Source: Candidatus Omnitrophota bacterium
GTDB taxonomy: Bacteria > Omnitrophota > Gorgyraeia > Gygaellales > Profunditerraquicolaceae
Reading direction: 5' to 3'
Length of the DNA: 64,000 nt
NCBI GenBank assembly: GCA_026387355.1
Contig: JAPLLW010000008.1
Location: 1,016 to 65,015, forward strand
Part shown: positions 29,475-38,923 of the stretch, piece by piece
Position numbering within the stretch: the first letter of the stretch is position 1
How the letters are laid out: each line of letters begins with the position of its first letter
Notes under the pieces: generated by a model
Told to the model about the DNA's origin: nothing
Seen by the model: only the letters and a program-made list of their open reading frames with translations
The model's database searches: none
Made by a program: the position numbers and the translations under genes

Positions 29475-30638
29475 ATGAAATTGCCGTTACCTATTGTTCT
29501 ATTAACCTGCGTTTTACTTTTAACTTTTTCTAGCGTAGTGTTAGGTGAAAGTAACCCCGTCATTAAGGATTCATCAGTAGCTATTCCTATTGGGCAGGAA
29601 GTCATTGCCCCAGCAGATAAAATATTAATTACTATTTGGAGAAAGCCGGATCATTCTGAAATAGAGCTCGACGGTAATTTCGCAGTAGATAAAGATGGAT
29701 TTGTAAATCTCTCTACCATTGGCCAGATTAAGGCCGCAGGCCTGTCTATCCCGCAATTAAAAGAAGAGCTTATTAAGCAGGCAGGTCGGTTTCTAAAGTC
29801 TCCTGAGGTTGCTGTAAGCCCGGCGAAAATCCAGGATAGCGAACCAGGTGTGTTTTCTAAAAAGGAAGAGATAGATAAGCTAGTTGCAGAACAATCAAGA
29901 GATAGAAGGAAGCAGATGGCCAGGGATAGGGATGATATAGTAGAGGCGCAAGAGGGTTATGATATTGGTATTAAAAAGAATAAGTCCCGCACGGCTAAGG
30001 TTAAGCCAAATGTTGTAAGATATACCTCTATCTTAGAAGAAAGAAAGCCTGCAGAGTACACTATTAATATAGATGATGTTTTGGATGTTACGGTTTGGCA
30101 AAACCCGGAACTTTCCAAAGAAGTCACCGTGCGTTCTGACGGAAGGATTACCCTGCTTCTGGCCGGGGATGTTCAGGCAGCGGGGCTTACGACTACACAA
30201 TTAAAAGACGAGATAGCTAAGAAACTCGGCACTTATGTAATTAATCCGCAGGTAGCAGTAACATTAAAGAAATTCGGCGGTAAAAGGATAGTGGTTTTAG
30301 GTGAAGTCAGGCAGCCGGGTACCTATAAGCTTGATGCAAATGCGCGTTTAATGGAGGCTATCGGGATGGCTGAAGGGTTTACGGACAAATCTTTTACAGG
30401 AAGCGTTCTTTTGGCAAGAGCCGATTCTTATGGTAATCCGCGCATTTTTATTATTGATACTTATGATATCATGGGTAGGGGCAGGGTTGACAAAAATATA
30501 ATTCTTCAACAGTTTGATGTAGTCTATGTACCTCGTACAAAGATTTGGAATGTTGTAAACTTGCTAAAGCCTTTCGCTGATCTGATTGCCGAGGTTAAGA
30601 CAGCCTCTAACAACTCTCAGATGATGTTTGTTGAATAA
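29475..30638 (+). CDS. wza: Wza-like polysaccharide export protein with tandem Poly_export domains and SLBB
   Basis: two V..DG.I.L...G.V.AAGL...QL repeats, VLGEV..PG.Y, D.VYVP; likely ATG at 29475. Confidence 0.85.
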   Translation: MKLPLPIVLLTCVLLLTFSSVVLGESNPVIKDSSVAIPIGQEVIAPADKILITIWRKPDHSEIELDGNFAVDKDGFVNLSTIGQIKAAGLSIPQLKEELIKQAGRFLKSPEVAVSPAKIQDSEPGVFSKKEEIDKLVAEQSRDRRKQMARDRDDIVEAQEGYDIGIKKNKSRTAKVKPNVVRYTSILEERKPAEYTINIDDVLDVTVWQNPELSKEVTVRSDGRITLLLAGDVQAAGLTTTQLKDEIAKKLGTYVINPQVAVTLKKFGGKRIVVLGEVRQPGTYKLDANARLMEAIGMAEGFTDKSFTGSVLLARADSYGNPRIFIIDTYDIMGRGRVDKNIILQQFDVVYVPRTKIWNVVNLLKPFADLIAEVKTASNNSQMMFVE

Positions 30639-30903
30639 ATTACAGGTGTAGTTCTATATCTAACTATTTTGGTCCAGGTTCCAGTATTGTATTTTCTGCG
30701 ATATATGTCGGTAAGAATTGTTTTAATCCCCGCTAGATCTTTAATCGCCATAGATATTTTTAATAAATAAAGTAATTAACGTTTAATATAGGCAGTATAG
30801 TATCCGCAAGGGGCGAATTACCTTAAGTTACGATTAGAATCAATCTCCGTACCACTTGTTTGTGTTATAATTATAAACAAAAATTGTATAAACTTAAAGC
30901 AAT

Positions 30904-32118
30904 ATGAATATCGATAAAGCAAGAAGAATTGACTATTGGATTGGGGTGCCTTTGTGTTTTTTGCTAAGTTGCCTAAATTTTGTTCAAAGATTAGTTTGTT
31001 TTAAGCAAAAAAATGCGGGCCCACCCAAGAGAATTCTCTTGATAAAACTTTCAGAGTTGGGCACCATCATTCTGGCATATCCGCTTTTAAATCGGATAAA
31101 AAAAGAATATCCCTGTGCAGAGTTATTTTTTGTAACGTTCAGCAGAAACCGGGGTATTTTTAAATTATTAGGAGGGATAGTTCCCGACAAGAATATCTTG
31201 GGGATACGGGAAGAGAGGCGCTTTCTTATATTAGATACATTAAGTGCGATTAAGAGATTACGTCAAGAAGGGATAGATGTTACTTTTGATTTGGAGTTTT
31301 TCTCGCGATTTTCGGCAGCATTAGCTTATCTTGTTAAATCTAGCAAAAGAATAGGTTTTTATCACTATGCTTTTGAAGGGTTATATAGAGGAAATCTTTT
31401 AACCCATAAAATACAGTACAATCCTTTAAGTCACATAACTAAGAATTATTTATCTCTAGTTCAAGACATCGAGCAGTCAGGTAAGAACATGCCTCAATTG
31501 GCAGAAACAATAGAAGAAAGAGAAGTAGTATTTCCAAAATATGCTTCGCACAATGAAGTAAAAGATAAGGTATTGAAGAAAATCAGAGAGGCCGGGGTGG
31601 ATCCAGACAAAAATAAGCTGTTGCTTATTAATCCTGGTGAAGGTATGTTGCCGTTAAGAGAATGGCCTATAGAGAACTTCATTCTTTTGTCAAAGCTAAT
31701 CCTAGAAAATAACAATAATTCTGTAATCTTAATTGGTACAGAAGGAGTATCTGGGAAAGCTTGCGCAATTTTAAGGGCGATAAATAACCCAAGGTGCATA
31801 AGCTTGGTTAAACAGACACAACTCGACGAACTCTTAGAACTTTTTAATATTTCACAAGCTTTAATCTCCAATGATTGCGGTCTAGCGCATTTAGCGATGC
31901 TCTCCCCTATTAGGAAATTCATTATTTTTGGTCCGGAAAGTCCGCAAATATTTGGTCCGCTAGGAATTAATAACCGGATAATATATGCGAATTGGCCTTG
32001 CTCTCCGTGTTTATCAGTGCTTAACCATAGGGGCTCTTTATGCAAGGATAATTGGTGCTTAAGGAATATAAAAACTGAAGATGTTTATGGATTGATTAAG
32101 AATGAAGTGAAATTTTAA
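30904..32118 (+). CDS. GT9 family glycosyltransferase
   Basis: IKLSELG, INPG, REWP.ENF, SNDCGLAHLA, FGPE, CSPC. Confidence 0.85.
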   Translation: MNIDKARRIDYWIGVPLCFLLSCLNFVQRLVCFKQKNAGPPKRILLIKLSELGTIILAYPLLNRIKKEYPCAELFFVTFSRNRGIFKLLGGIVPDKNILGIREERRFLILDTLSAIKRLRQEGIDVTFDLEFFSRFSAALAYLVKSSKRIGFYHYAFEGLYRGNLLTHKIQYNPLSHITKNYLSLVQDIEQSGKNMPQLAETIEEREVVFPKYASHNEVKDKVLKKIREAGVDPDKNKLLLINPGEGMLPLREWPIENFILLSKLILENNNNSVILIGTEGVSGKACAILRAINNPRCISLVKQTQLDELLELFNISQALISNDCGLAHLAMLSPIRKFIIFGPESPQIFGPLGINNRIIYANWPCSPCLSVLNHRGSLCKDNWCLRNIKTEDVYGLIKNEVKF

Positions 32119-33650
32119 ATTCGGTGGTCTAGGCTTCTGTACTGTATTGCCTCAGAAATATGCTCGATAAGAATTGCTTCAGCTCCCGTTAAATCCGCAA
32201 TCGTTCTGGATATTTTTAATATCTTATCATAGGCTCGCGCAGATAATCCTAACTCATGCATAGCCTGTTTTAGTAATTCTTTAGCCGGCGTATCCAGGAT
32301 ACAGTATTTTCGGATCAACTTCGCGTTCATTGCCGCATTACAAAATATTCCATCAGTTTTTAATCTCTCCCTTTGAACCTCACGGGATTTCTCAACGCGG
32401 TTTTTGATTGCTACGGAAGGTTCCGCATCTTTTGTATCAGTTAAATCTCGGTACTTTATGGAAGATAATTCAATGTGTATATCAATTCTATCTAAGAGAG
32501 GTCCGGATATTTTAGCCATGTAATTTGCAATCTTATTTGGATTGCAATGGCAGGTTTTACGAGGGTCACTGTAATAACCGCAGGGGCAGGGGTTCATTGC
32601 GGCCACTAAAGTAAATGTTGCCGGAAAGGTAAGTGATTTGAATATCCGCGATACGCGTATTGAACCGTCTTCCAAGGGTTGTCTTAGGCTCTCTAAACAG
32701 TCGCGCCGGAATTCTGGCAATTCGTCCAGGAAAAGTACTCCTTGATGCGCCAGGCTTATTTCTCCCGGCATAGGTACCGAGCCTCCGCCAATCAGCGCTA
32801 CGCTGGATATACTGTGGTGTAGAGAACGAAACGGCCGGGTAGCTATAATACCATCTTTATTTGGCAAGATTCCCATAACCGAGTGGATCTTGCTTATTTC
32901 TAGCGCTTCTTCTAATGTTAGGTCCGGCATAATGGTGGGTACTCTTTTTGCAAGCATGGTCTTGCCGCTTCCTGGAGGGCCAATCATCAGAATATTATGT
33001 CCTCCGGCAACAGCTACCTCCATCGCCCTTTTTGCAAGGTATTGGCCTTTTACTTCCGAGAAATCAATATTATAACGGTTGTTTTCTTTGAATAAATCTT
33101 CTAAGTCTAGCTTAAATGGCTTAAGCATACTCGGATTGCTAAGAAACTCCACGCTTTCTTTAAGCGATTTAAGCGAGAATACAGATGTTCTCGAGACTAT
33201 AGATGCTTCTTTGGCGTTTAGTTCGGGAATGATTATATTATTGGTTGATGGGTTGTTTAATCTTGCTATAGCCATAGCTATGGGCAAGGCGCCTTTAATT
33301 GATTTGAGTGAGCCGTCCAAGGAAAGCTCTCCTAAAACAAAATAGTTTTTAAGTCCTTCTTTATTTAGCTGTTCAGTTGCTGCAAGAATGCCTAAAGCGA
33401 TGGGTAAGTCAAAGCAAGCGCCCTCTTTTTTAACCCCCGAAGGTGCTAAGCTTACGGTAATTCTCTCCGGTGGCCAGTAGAATCCGGAATTCTTAATTGC
33501 TGACCGGACTCGCTCCTTGCTTTCTTTGACTGCTGAATCAGGAAGCCCGACCAGGTTTAGGGCTGGTAGTCCACCTGAAACATCAACCTCAATCTCTACC
33601 GGGTAGCCTTCTATCCCTTGTAAGCCAAAACTCAATACTTTAGCAAGCAT
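32115..33650 (-). CDS. comM: YifB/ComM Mg-chelatase-like ATPase
   Basis: VKESKERVRSA, FDLPIALG, GPPGSGKTMLA, LFLDELPEF, AAMNPCPCG, SGPLLDRIDI; ATG at 33650 after GGAGGAG. Confidence 0.93.
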   Translation of the reverse strand: MLAKVLSFGLQGIEGYPVEIEVDVSGGLPALNLVGLPDSAVKESKERVRSAIKNSGFYWPPERITVSLAPSGVKKEGACFDLPIALGILAATEQLNKEGLKNYFVLGELSLDGSLKSIKGALPIAMAIARLNNPSTNNIIIPELNAKEASIVSRTSVFSLKSLKESVEFLSNPSMLKPFKLDLEDLFKENNRYNIDFSEVKGQYLAKRAMEVAVAGGHNILMIGPPGSGKTMLAKRVPTIMPDLTLEEALEISKIHSVMGILPNKDGIIATRPFRSLHHSISSVALIGGGSVPMPGEISLAHQGVLFLDELPEFRRDCLESLRQPLEDGSIRVSRIFKSLTFPATFTLVAAMNPCPCGYYSDPRKTCHCNPNKIANYMAKISGPLLDRIDIHIELSSIKYRDLTDTKDAEPSVAIKNRVEKSREVQRERLKTDGIFCNAAMNAKLIRKYCILDTPAKELLKQAMHELGLSARAYDKILKISRTIADLTGAEAILIEHISEAIQYRSLDHRI

Positions 33651-33783
33651 CAGCTCCTCCATGTTTACCATTTATCAGCAAGCTTCCAATCTAATAGACG
33701 CAAAAAACAATGAAATCTAACCAAAATTTCATAAATAATGCTGAATTTGGGATAAATTAGCAGGAGGCGAGAGAAGAAATTAC

Positions 33784-33811
33784 TTGCAATTTAATGCCGA
33801 GATTATATAAT
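33784..33811 (+). promoter_or_regulatory. sigma70-type promoter, probably leaderless
   Basis: TTGCAA-16-TATAAT ending 7 nt before ATG 33819. Confidence 0.55.
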
Positions 33812-33818
33812 AACTCTC

Positions 33819-34376
33819 ATGCATAAGAATGTATTGCGCAATATTATTATACTGCTTTTGGCAAGCAGCTTGGTTTTTTTGGTAGTCAGGTATATTTCTT
33901 CTCTTAAGGGTCAGGTTAGAACGCTTGAAAATCAGAAGCAAAACTTATTGCAGGAACTAGAGAAAGAAAAAATTGTTGTGCAGGACTTGAATATAAAAAA
34001 TACGGGTTTAAAGAAGAATCTAAAAGCTACATATAAAAGATTAAACAAATCATTCCAGGAGCTAGATGTGCAGGAGACTAAATTTGAGCAGTTAAGCTCA
34101 AAGTTCTCTTTATTAAAAGCAGAGAATAGCGCGCTTTTAACGGAAAAAGATGGGCTGGTTAAAGAAAACGAAGGTTTGAAAGTAAAATTAAGTTCAGTTA
34201 AAGAGCTTAAGAAGGCTATCCAAGAGCTTAAGCATGGCAAGGTGCTGATGGATGGGAATCGCGGATTTCTAGTAAAAGATGGCCAGTCAACCGCTGTTTC
34301 AAGGGTTAAGATAGAAGTGATCCCCGCCACAGAGAGCAATAATGAAAGAAATACTCTTCCAGTTATCTCAAAATAA
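33819..34376 (+). CDS. membrane-anchored coiled-coil hypothetical protein
   Basis: N-terminal TM followed by a heptad-rich region. Confidence 0.7.
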   Translation: MHKNVLRNIIILLLASSLVFLVVRYISSLKGQVRTLENQKQNLLQELEKEKIVVQDLNIKNTGLKKNLKATYKRLNKSFQELDVQETKFEQLSSKFSLLKAENSALLTEKDGLVKENEGLKVKLSSVKELKKAIQELKHGKVLMDGNRGFLVKDGQSTAVSRVKIEVIPATESNNERNTLPVISK

Positions 34377-34788
34377 GATTTTTCTTACCACTCTCTCTGC
34401 CTGGTTTATTGCTCAGGCGATTAAGGTGTTTTTGGGGGTGTTGCGAAATAAAAGGTTTGATTTTCGTTTGTTTGTAGGAACCGGCGGCATGCCCTCAAGC
34501 CATGCGGCAGGCGCATCCTGTTTGGCTACCGCAGTAGGTCTCGAATATGGATTTAACAGCGCTTACTTTGCTTTAGCTGCTTCATTCGCAATTGTGGTTA
34601 TGTTTGATGCTCAAGGGGTTCGCAGGGCGACAGGAAGGCAGGCGCGTATTCTAAATAAAATAACAGATGATATTTATTGGCAAGGTAAAATTCACGATGG
34701 TCGGCTGCGTGAACTTATTGGGCATACGCCAATTGAGGTTATCGCCGGGTTTTTGCTCGGTATTTTAATAGCAATATTAGCACAATAG
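34342..34788 (+). CDS. divergent PAP2 family (DUF212) protein
   Basis: GGMPSSH, VMFDAQGVRR..G.QA..LN, ELIGHTP.EV. Confidence 0.93.
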   Translation: MKEILFQLSQNKIFLTTLSAWFIAQAIKVFLGVLRNKRFDFRLFVGTGGMPSSHAAGASCLATAVGLEYGFNSAYFALAASFAIVVMFDAQGVRRATGRQARILNKITDDIYWQGKIHDGRLRELIGHTPIEVIAGFLLGILIAILAQ

Positions 34789-34801
34789 GAGGGGGAGTAG
34801 A

Positions 34802-35617
34802 GTGAATAAGAAAATCTTAATAATTGTTGGCGTAGTAGTAATCGGGTTAATTTTATTCTTATTTTTTGCCGCGAATAAGAATAGTTCTGGGTTATCTTTA
34901 CAGAAGTCCATCACCCCTTCTGCGCAAGTTTTATTAAATCAGGCAAAGGACTTACAGAATAAAGGAGATCTTTTAGGAGCAAAAGATGTTTACCAGAGAT
35001 TAGTAAATGATTTCTCGAATTCTTCGGAGGCGATGAATTGGCAGAAGAAGTCGGAAGAGATTAATGTGAAGCTCTTATTCTCTGCGAATATAACTCCTAA
35101 AAGCGTACTTTATGAAATTAAACCCGGAGATACTCTTAATAAAATCGCCAGAGAATTTAAGACTACCTCGGATTTGATAAAAAAGAGTAATGATCTAGCC
35201 GGCGATCGGATTATCCCGGGTAGAAAGATTAAGGTTTGGAATGCGCCATTTAGTATCCTGGTTGATAAATCACAAAATATCCTGATTCTCAAGAGCGACG
35301 AAGAGATAATTAAGACTTATATTGTTTCTACCGGTAAGAATAATTCAACTCCCGTTGGTAATTTTAAAATTAACTCTAAGTTAATTAATCCTACCTGGTT
35401 TAAGGCTGGTGCAGTTGTTCCGGCTGGCACCCCTGAAAATATCCTTGGTACCCGCTGGTTGGGTATAGATGTACCTAGCTACGGGATACATGGGACAACC
35501 GAACCGCAGAGCTTAGGTAGGCAGGTAACCCAGGGTTGCGTGCGCATGAGCAACCCGGAAGTTGAAGAACTGTATACCATTGTCCCCATCGGAACAGAAG
35601 TAACTATTGTCGATTAA
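34802..35617 (+). CDS. LysM-YkuD L,D-transpeptidase
   Basis: LysM YEIKPGDTL..IA; YkuD GIHGT...GCVRM. Confidence 0.92.
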   Translation: MNKKILIIVGVVVIGLILFLFFAANKNSSGLSLQKSITPSAQVLLNQAKDLQNKGDLLGAKDVYQRLVNDFSNSSEAMNWQKKSEEINVKLLFSANITPKSVLYEIKPGDTLNKIAREFKTTSDLIKKSNDLAGDRIIPGRKIKVWNAPFSILVDKSQNILILKSDEEIIKTYIVSTGKNNSTPVGNFKINSKLINPTWFKAGAVVPAGTPENILGTRWLGIDVPSYGIHGTTEPQSLGRQVTQGCVRMSNPEVEELYTIVPIGTEVTIVD

Positions 35618-35624
35618 ATAACTT

Positions 35625-36572
35625 ATGGCCGGATTAGACTTCGAAAAACCTATTGTTGAGTTAGAAAAGAAGATCCAAGAGCTAAAGAATTTTATCTCGG
35701 AAAAGAAGATAGATCTTTCATCTGAGGTTAAGCGCCTTGAAGATAAGCTGGAGCATCTTAAAAAAGATACCTATAGCAATATTTCTGCTTGGCAAAGAGT
35801 TCAGCTTTCTCGTCATCCGCAGAGGCCCTATACGCTGGATTATATCGGATTACTTATGTCTGATTTTATAGAGCTGCACGGCGATAGATTATTTTCGGAT
35901 GATTTAGCAATCATCTCAGGATTTGCTAAGCTCGACAAACAAAAAATAGCGGTTATTGGTCATCAGAAGGGCAGGGATACTAAGGAAAATCTAAAGCGCA
36001 ATTTTGGTTGCGCCCATCCCGAAGGTTACCGTAAGGCCTTACGTGTAATGCATATGGCTGAAAGATTTGATTTACCGGTTGTGATTTTTATTGATACCCC
36101 CGGAGCATATCCTGGGATAGGAGCTGAAGAACGCGGTCAATCGCAGGCAATAGCTGAAAATTTAAGAGAGATGATTTTGATAGCTACGCCAATTGTCTCT
36201 GTAGTTATAGGAGAAGGTGGTTCCGGAGGCGCCCTGGGTGTTGGGGTGGCTGACCGGGTATGTGTTTTAGAGAATTCTTATTATTCAGTTATCTCTCCTG
36301 AAGGTTGCGCGGCAATTCTCTGGAAGGACGGATCAAAAGCGCCTCATGCAGCAGAGGTGCTTAAGCTTACTGGAGAAGACCTGCTTAAGCTCGGCGTTAT
36401 TGATGAAATTATACCTGAGCCTTTGGGTGGCGCGCATCGCAATCCTAAAGAAACATCCGAGAATCTAAAGAATACGCTTCTTAAGAATCTTAAAGAGCTT
36501 AAGTCTTTTTCTAAGGAAGAACTTTTAAAATTGCGGTATAGTAAATTCCGCGATATGGGTATAGTAGCATGA
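35625..36572 (+). CDS. accA: acetyl-CoA carboxylase carboxyltransferase alpha subunit
   Basis: LDFEKPI, RHPQRPYTLDY, PEGYRKALR, DTPGAYPG..AEERGQ, GEGGSGGALG, VISPEGCA.ILW. Confidence 0.97.
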   Translation: MAGLDFEKPIVELEKKIQELKNFISEKKIDLSSEVKRLEDKLEHLKKDTYSNISAWQRVQLSRHPQRPYTLDYIGLLMSDFIELHGDRLFSDDLAIISGFAKLDKQKIAVIGHQKGRDTKENLKRNFGCAHPEGYRKALRVMHMAERFDLPVVIFIDTPGAYPGIGAEERGQSQAIAENLREMILIATPIVSVVIGEGGSGGALGVGVADRVCVLENSYYSVISPEGCAAILWKDGSKAPHAAEVLKLTGEDLLKLGVIDEIIPEPLGGAHRNPKETSENLKNTLLKNLKELKSFSKEELLKLRYSKFRDMGIVA

Positions 36573-37084
36573 TTGAGCAGGAGCTATTACTATTAGGTTT
36601 GCTTCGCGAAAGCCCTAAGCACGGCTATAACATTAAGATTGAAATTAAGAGAATCTTGTCACTGTTTGCCGGAGTGGAGTTAAAATCTATTTATTATCCA
36701 TTGCGTATACTTGAAAATAAGGGATTAGTGGTTAAGCGGGTATTAAAACCTGGAAAAAGGCCCAAGCGTATTGTCTATGCCTTGACCAAGAAGGGTCTTG
36801 AGCGCTTTGACGAACTTTTAAGTAAAAGCCTGCTTAATTTCAAAAGGCCGCAGTTTAGTTTAGACTTAAGTTTATATTTTCTGCATTATTTGAAGCCGAC
36901 AGTTGCCCGGCGTAGACTGCGGGCACGGTTGCATATATTAAATAAGATCTCGCTTGAACTGGAGAAGATGTTTCATACCCAAGAGAGGAGAAAGAATCTT
37001 TCCTTACGCAGAATATTAGAGCATAATTTTAAGGCCCTTGAAGCGGAGGAGATTTTTCTCTCTAATTTGATTAAAACGATTTAA
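36569..37084 (+). CDS. PadR-family transcriptional regulator
   Basis: LLGLL...PKHGY.I, SIYY.L..LE..GLV, Y.LT.KG; ATGA overlap with accA. Confidence 0.88.
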   Translation: MIEQELLLLGLLRESPKHGYNIKIEIKRILSLFAGVELKSIYYPLRILENKGLVVKRVLKPGKRPKRIVYALTKKGLERFDELLSKSLLNFKRPQFSLDLSLYFLHYLKPTVARRRLRARLHILNKISLELEKMFHTQERRKNLSLRRILEHNFKALEAEEIFLSNLIKTI

Positions 37085-37096
37085 CCCTCATTTAGC

Positions 37097-37160
37097 TTGA
37101 CAGAGGGTAATTTTTGTGGCATATTATTAATGGCATTAATATTTAATGCCTTTAATAATA
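37097..37160 (+). promoter_or_regulatory. promoter with a long inverted-repeat operator upstream of marR
   Basis: TTGACA at 37097; 18-bp arms TATTATTAATGGCATTAA (37122-37139) and TTAATGCCTTTAATAATA (37143-37160), 1 mismatch. Confidence 0.7.
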
Positions 37161-37172
37161 AAGGGGGTTAAT

Positions 37173-37625
37173 ATGAAACTTTCTGCTCATGATTTTGCAG
37201 ACCAAATGAACGAAGTTATGCCTGTGATCTTAAAAAGATTTGTGCGCATGCAAGCTGAGGAATTGAATAAAGGCCAGATTACCCCGCCTCAAATATTGAT
37301 ATTAGAATTTCTAAACAGAAAAGGACCCTCAAAGATGACGGATATCGCCCGTTTTATGGGTACAAGTACAGCTGCTTCAACCGGGATTGTGAATAGACTG
37401 GTTAAGTCTGGTTATGTAATCAGGTCTTTTGACGAAAATGACCGTAGAATTGTTAAGATAAAGATAAATCCTAAGGGGTTGGATTTAGCAAAAAAGATAT
37501 CTTTTAACCGGCGGAATATGTTAATTAATATTTTCGGTAGGATTTCAGAGCAAGACCGTTTTGATTATTTGCGCATACTTAAAAAGATTAAAGATAATTT
37601 AATTGAGGAAGGCGATCAAGGATAA
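37173..37625 (+). CDS. MarR-family transcriptional regulator
   Basis: IT.PQ..IL, T.IVNRLV..GYV.R..D..DRR; likely ATG at 37173. Confidence 0.9.
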   Translation: MKLSAHDFADQMNEVMPVILKRFVRMQAEELNKGQITPPQILILEFLNRKGPSKMTDIARFMGTSTAASTGIVNRLVKSGYVIRSFDENDRRIVKIKINPKGLDLAKKISFNRRNMLINIFGRISEQDRFDYLRILKKIKDNLIEEGDQG

Positions 37626-38923
37626 TGCAAAGAAGAATTATTTATATAATGATTATTTTATTATTAAGTTTTGGGCTAAAATCCGCATTTTCATTTGATA
37701 TTGGTCAGCCTGCTCCAAATACTTCTCCTTTGACGCTTGTTGAGTGTTACAACCTTACGCTTAAGCAGAGTGAGAAAATCGGTATTAATACTGAACTTAT
37801 CAAAGAAGCACAGGCGCGTTTTTCTCAGGCAATGGGAACGCTTATGCCGCATGTTACTTTTTACTCGGAAAATAGCTGGAAAGATGCTTTAGATAGCGGG
37901 GGTACTTCTGTGAGTTCGGGAGGGGGACTTGAGCAAAGATTCAATTTTCAGCAGACGCTCTTTAAGGGATTTAGAGAATTTGCAGCAATGAAAGGTGCCA
38001 AGTTTGAGCAGGCACAGCGGATAAATGAGAAGCTACGCGCAGAACAATTACTCTTATTGGATGTAACGAACTCATTTTATCTGTTACTTGAAGAGAAAGA
38101 TGATTTAAACTCTCTCTTATCAATCAAGAAGGCATTAATCAATAGGATTCACGATCTTATGGATAGGGAAAAACTTGGTCGATCCAGACGTAGTGAAGTG
38201 GTTAGTACAGAATCAGAGTTATATAGTGTGAATGCTGATATTGAGTTGGCTAAGAGTCGGGTAATACTTGCGCGTCAGATGCTAGAGTTTTTGACTGGGG
38301 TTACCATTACAGAAGTCATAGATTCAGATAAGGATTTTCCTATTTTAGATTCCGAAGAGAGTTATCTTGCTAATTCAGGGGTACGACCGGATGTTTTAGC
38401 CACCGAAAATGCTTGGGAGGTTTCCAAGCAGAATAAGAAAATTGCAGTTAGTGGTTTATTGCCCGAAATAACCGTAGAAGGTAATATTTATACTCATCGT
38501 ATTCAAGCTTTGGAAGGAAGCACTTGGGATGCTGCATTAAATGTAAGTATCCCGATTTTTGAAGGTACTGAAGTCTATGGACTGATTCAAGAAGCGGCTA
38601 TTAAGGCTACTGAAGCAGAGCTTGAGTATAGGCATACAAGACGCAAGACCTATGCGGATATCCGCGATGCCTATGTTAAAATACAAACAGGCATTCCACG
38701 CACCTTGGCTTTCAAAAAGGCTTTAATGGCCAGCGAAATGAATTATACTTTACAGAAATCTGATTACAAGTTAAACTTAGTTAATAATTTAGATGTTTTA
38801 GCTGCGATAAGGACGCTGGAGAATACGCGACGTAATTTTATAAATTCTTATTACACAACCAAGCGTTCTTATTGGCAGTTGCAGGTAGCTGTAGGTCAAC
38901 TGAAGGCTGGAGAAATTAAATGA
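37625..38923 (+). CDS. TolC-family outer membrane efflux protein
   Basis: signal peptide, two OEP repeats, RPDV, LP, SIPIFEG. Confidence 0.85.
   Translation: MQRRIIYIMIILLLSFGLKSAFSFDIGQPAPNTSPLTLVECYNLTLKQSEKIGINTELIKEAQARFSQAMGTLMPHVTFYSENSWKDALDSGGTSVSSGGGLEQRFNFQQTLFKGFREFAAMKGAKFEQAQRINEKLRAEQLLLLDVTNSFYLLLEEKDDLNSLLSIKKALINRIHDLMDREKLGRSRRSEVVSTESELYSVNADIELAKSRVILARQMLEFLTGVTITEVIDSDKDFPILDSEESYLANSGVRPDVLATENAWEVSKQNKKIAVSGLLPEITVEGNIYTHRIQALEGSTWDAALNVSIPIFEGTEVYGLIQEAAIKATEAELEYRHTRRKTYADIRDAYVKIQTGIPRTLAFKKALMASEMNYTLQKSDYKLNLVNNLDVLAAIRTLENTRRNFINSYYTTKRSYWQLQVAVGQLKAGEIK

Noticed and set aside
30639-30903. ncRNA or small ORF in the 265-bp gap after wza
   Set aside because: only AT-rich imperfect palindromes and promoter-like sequence; nothing supportable
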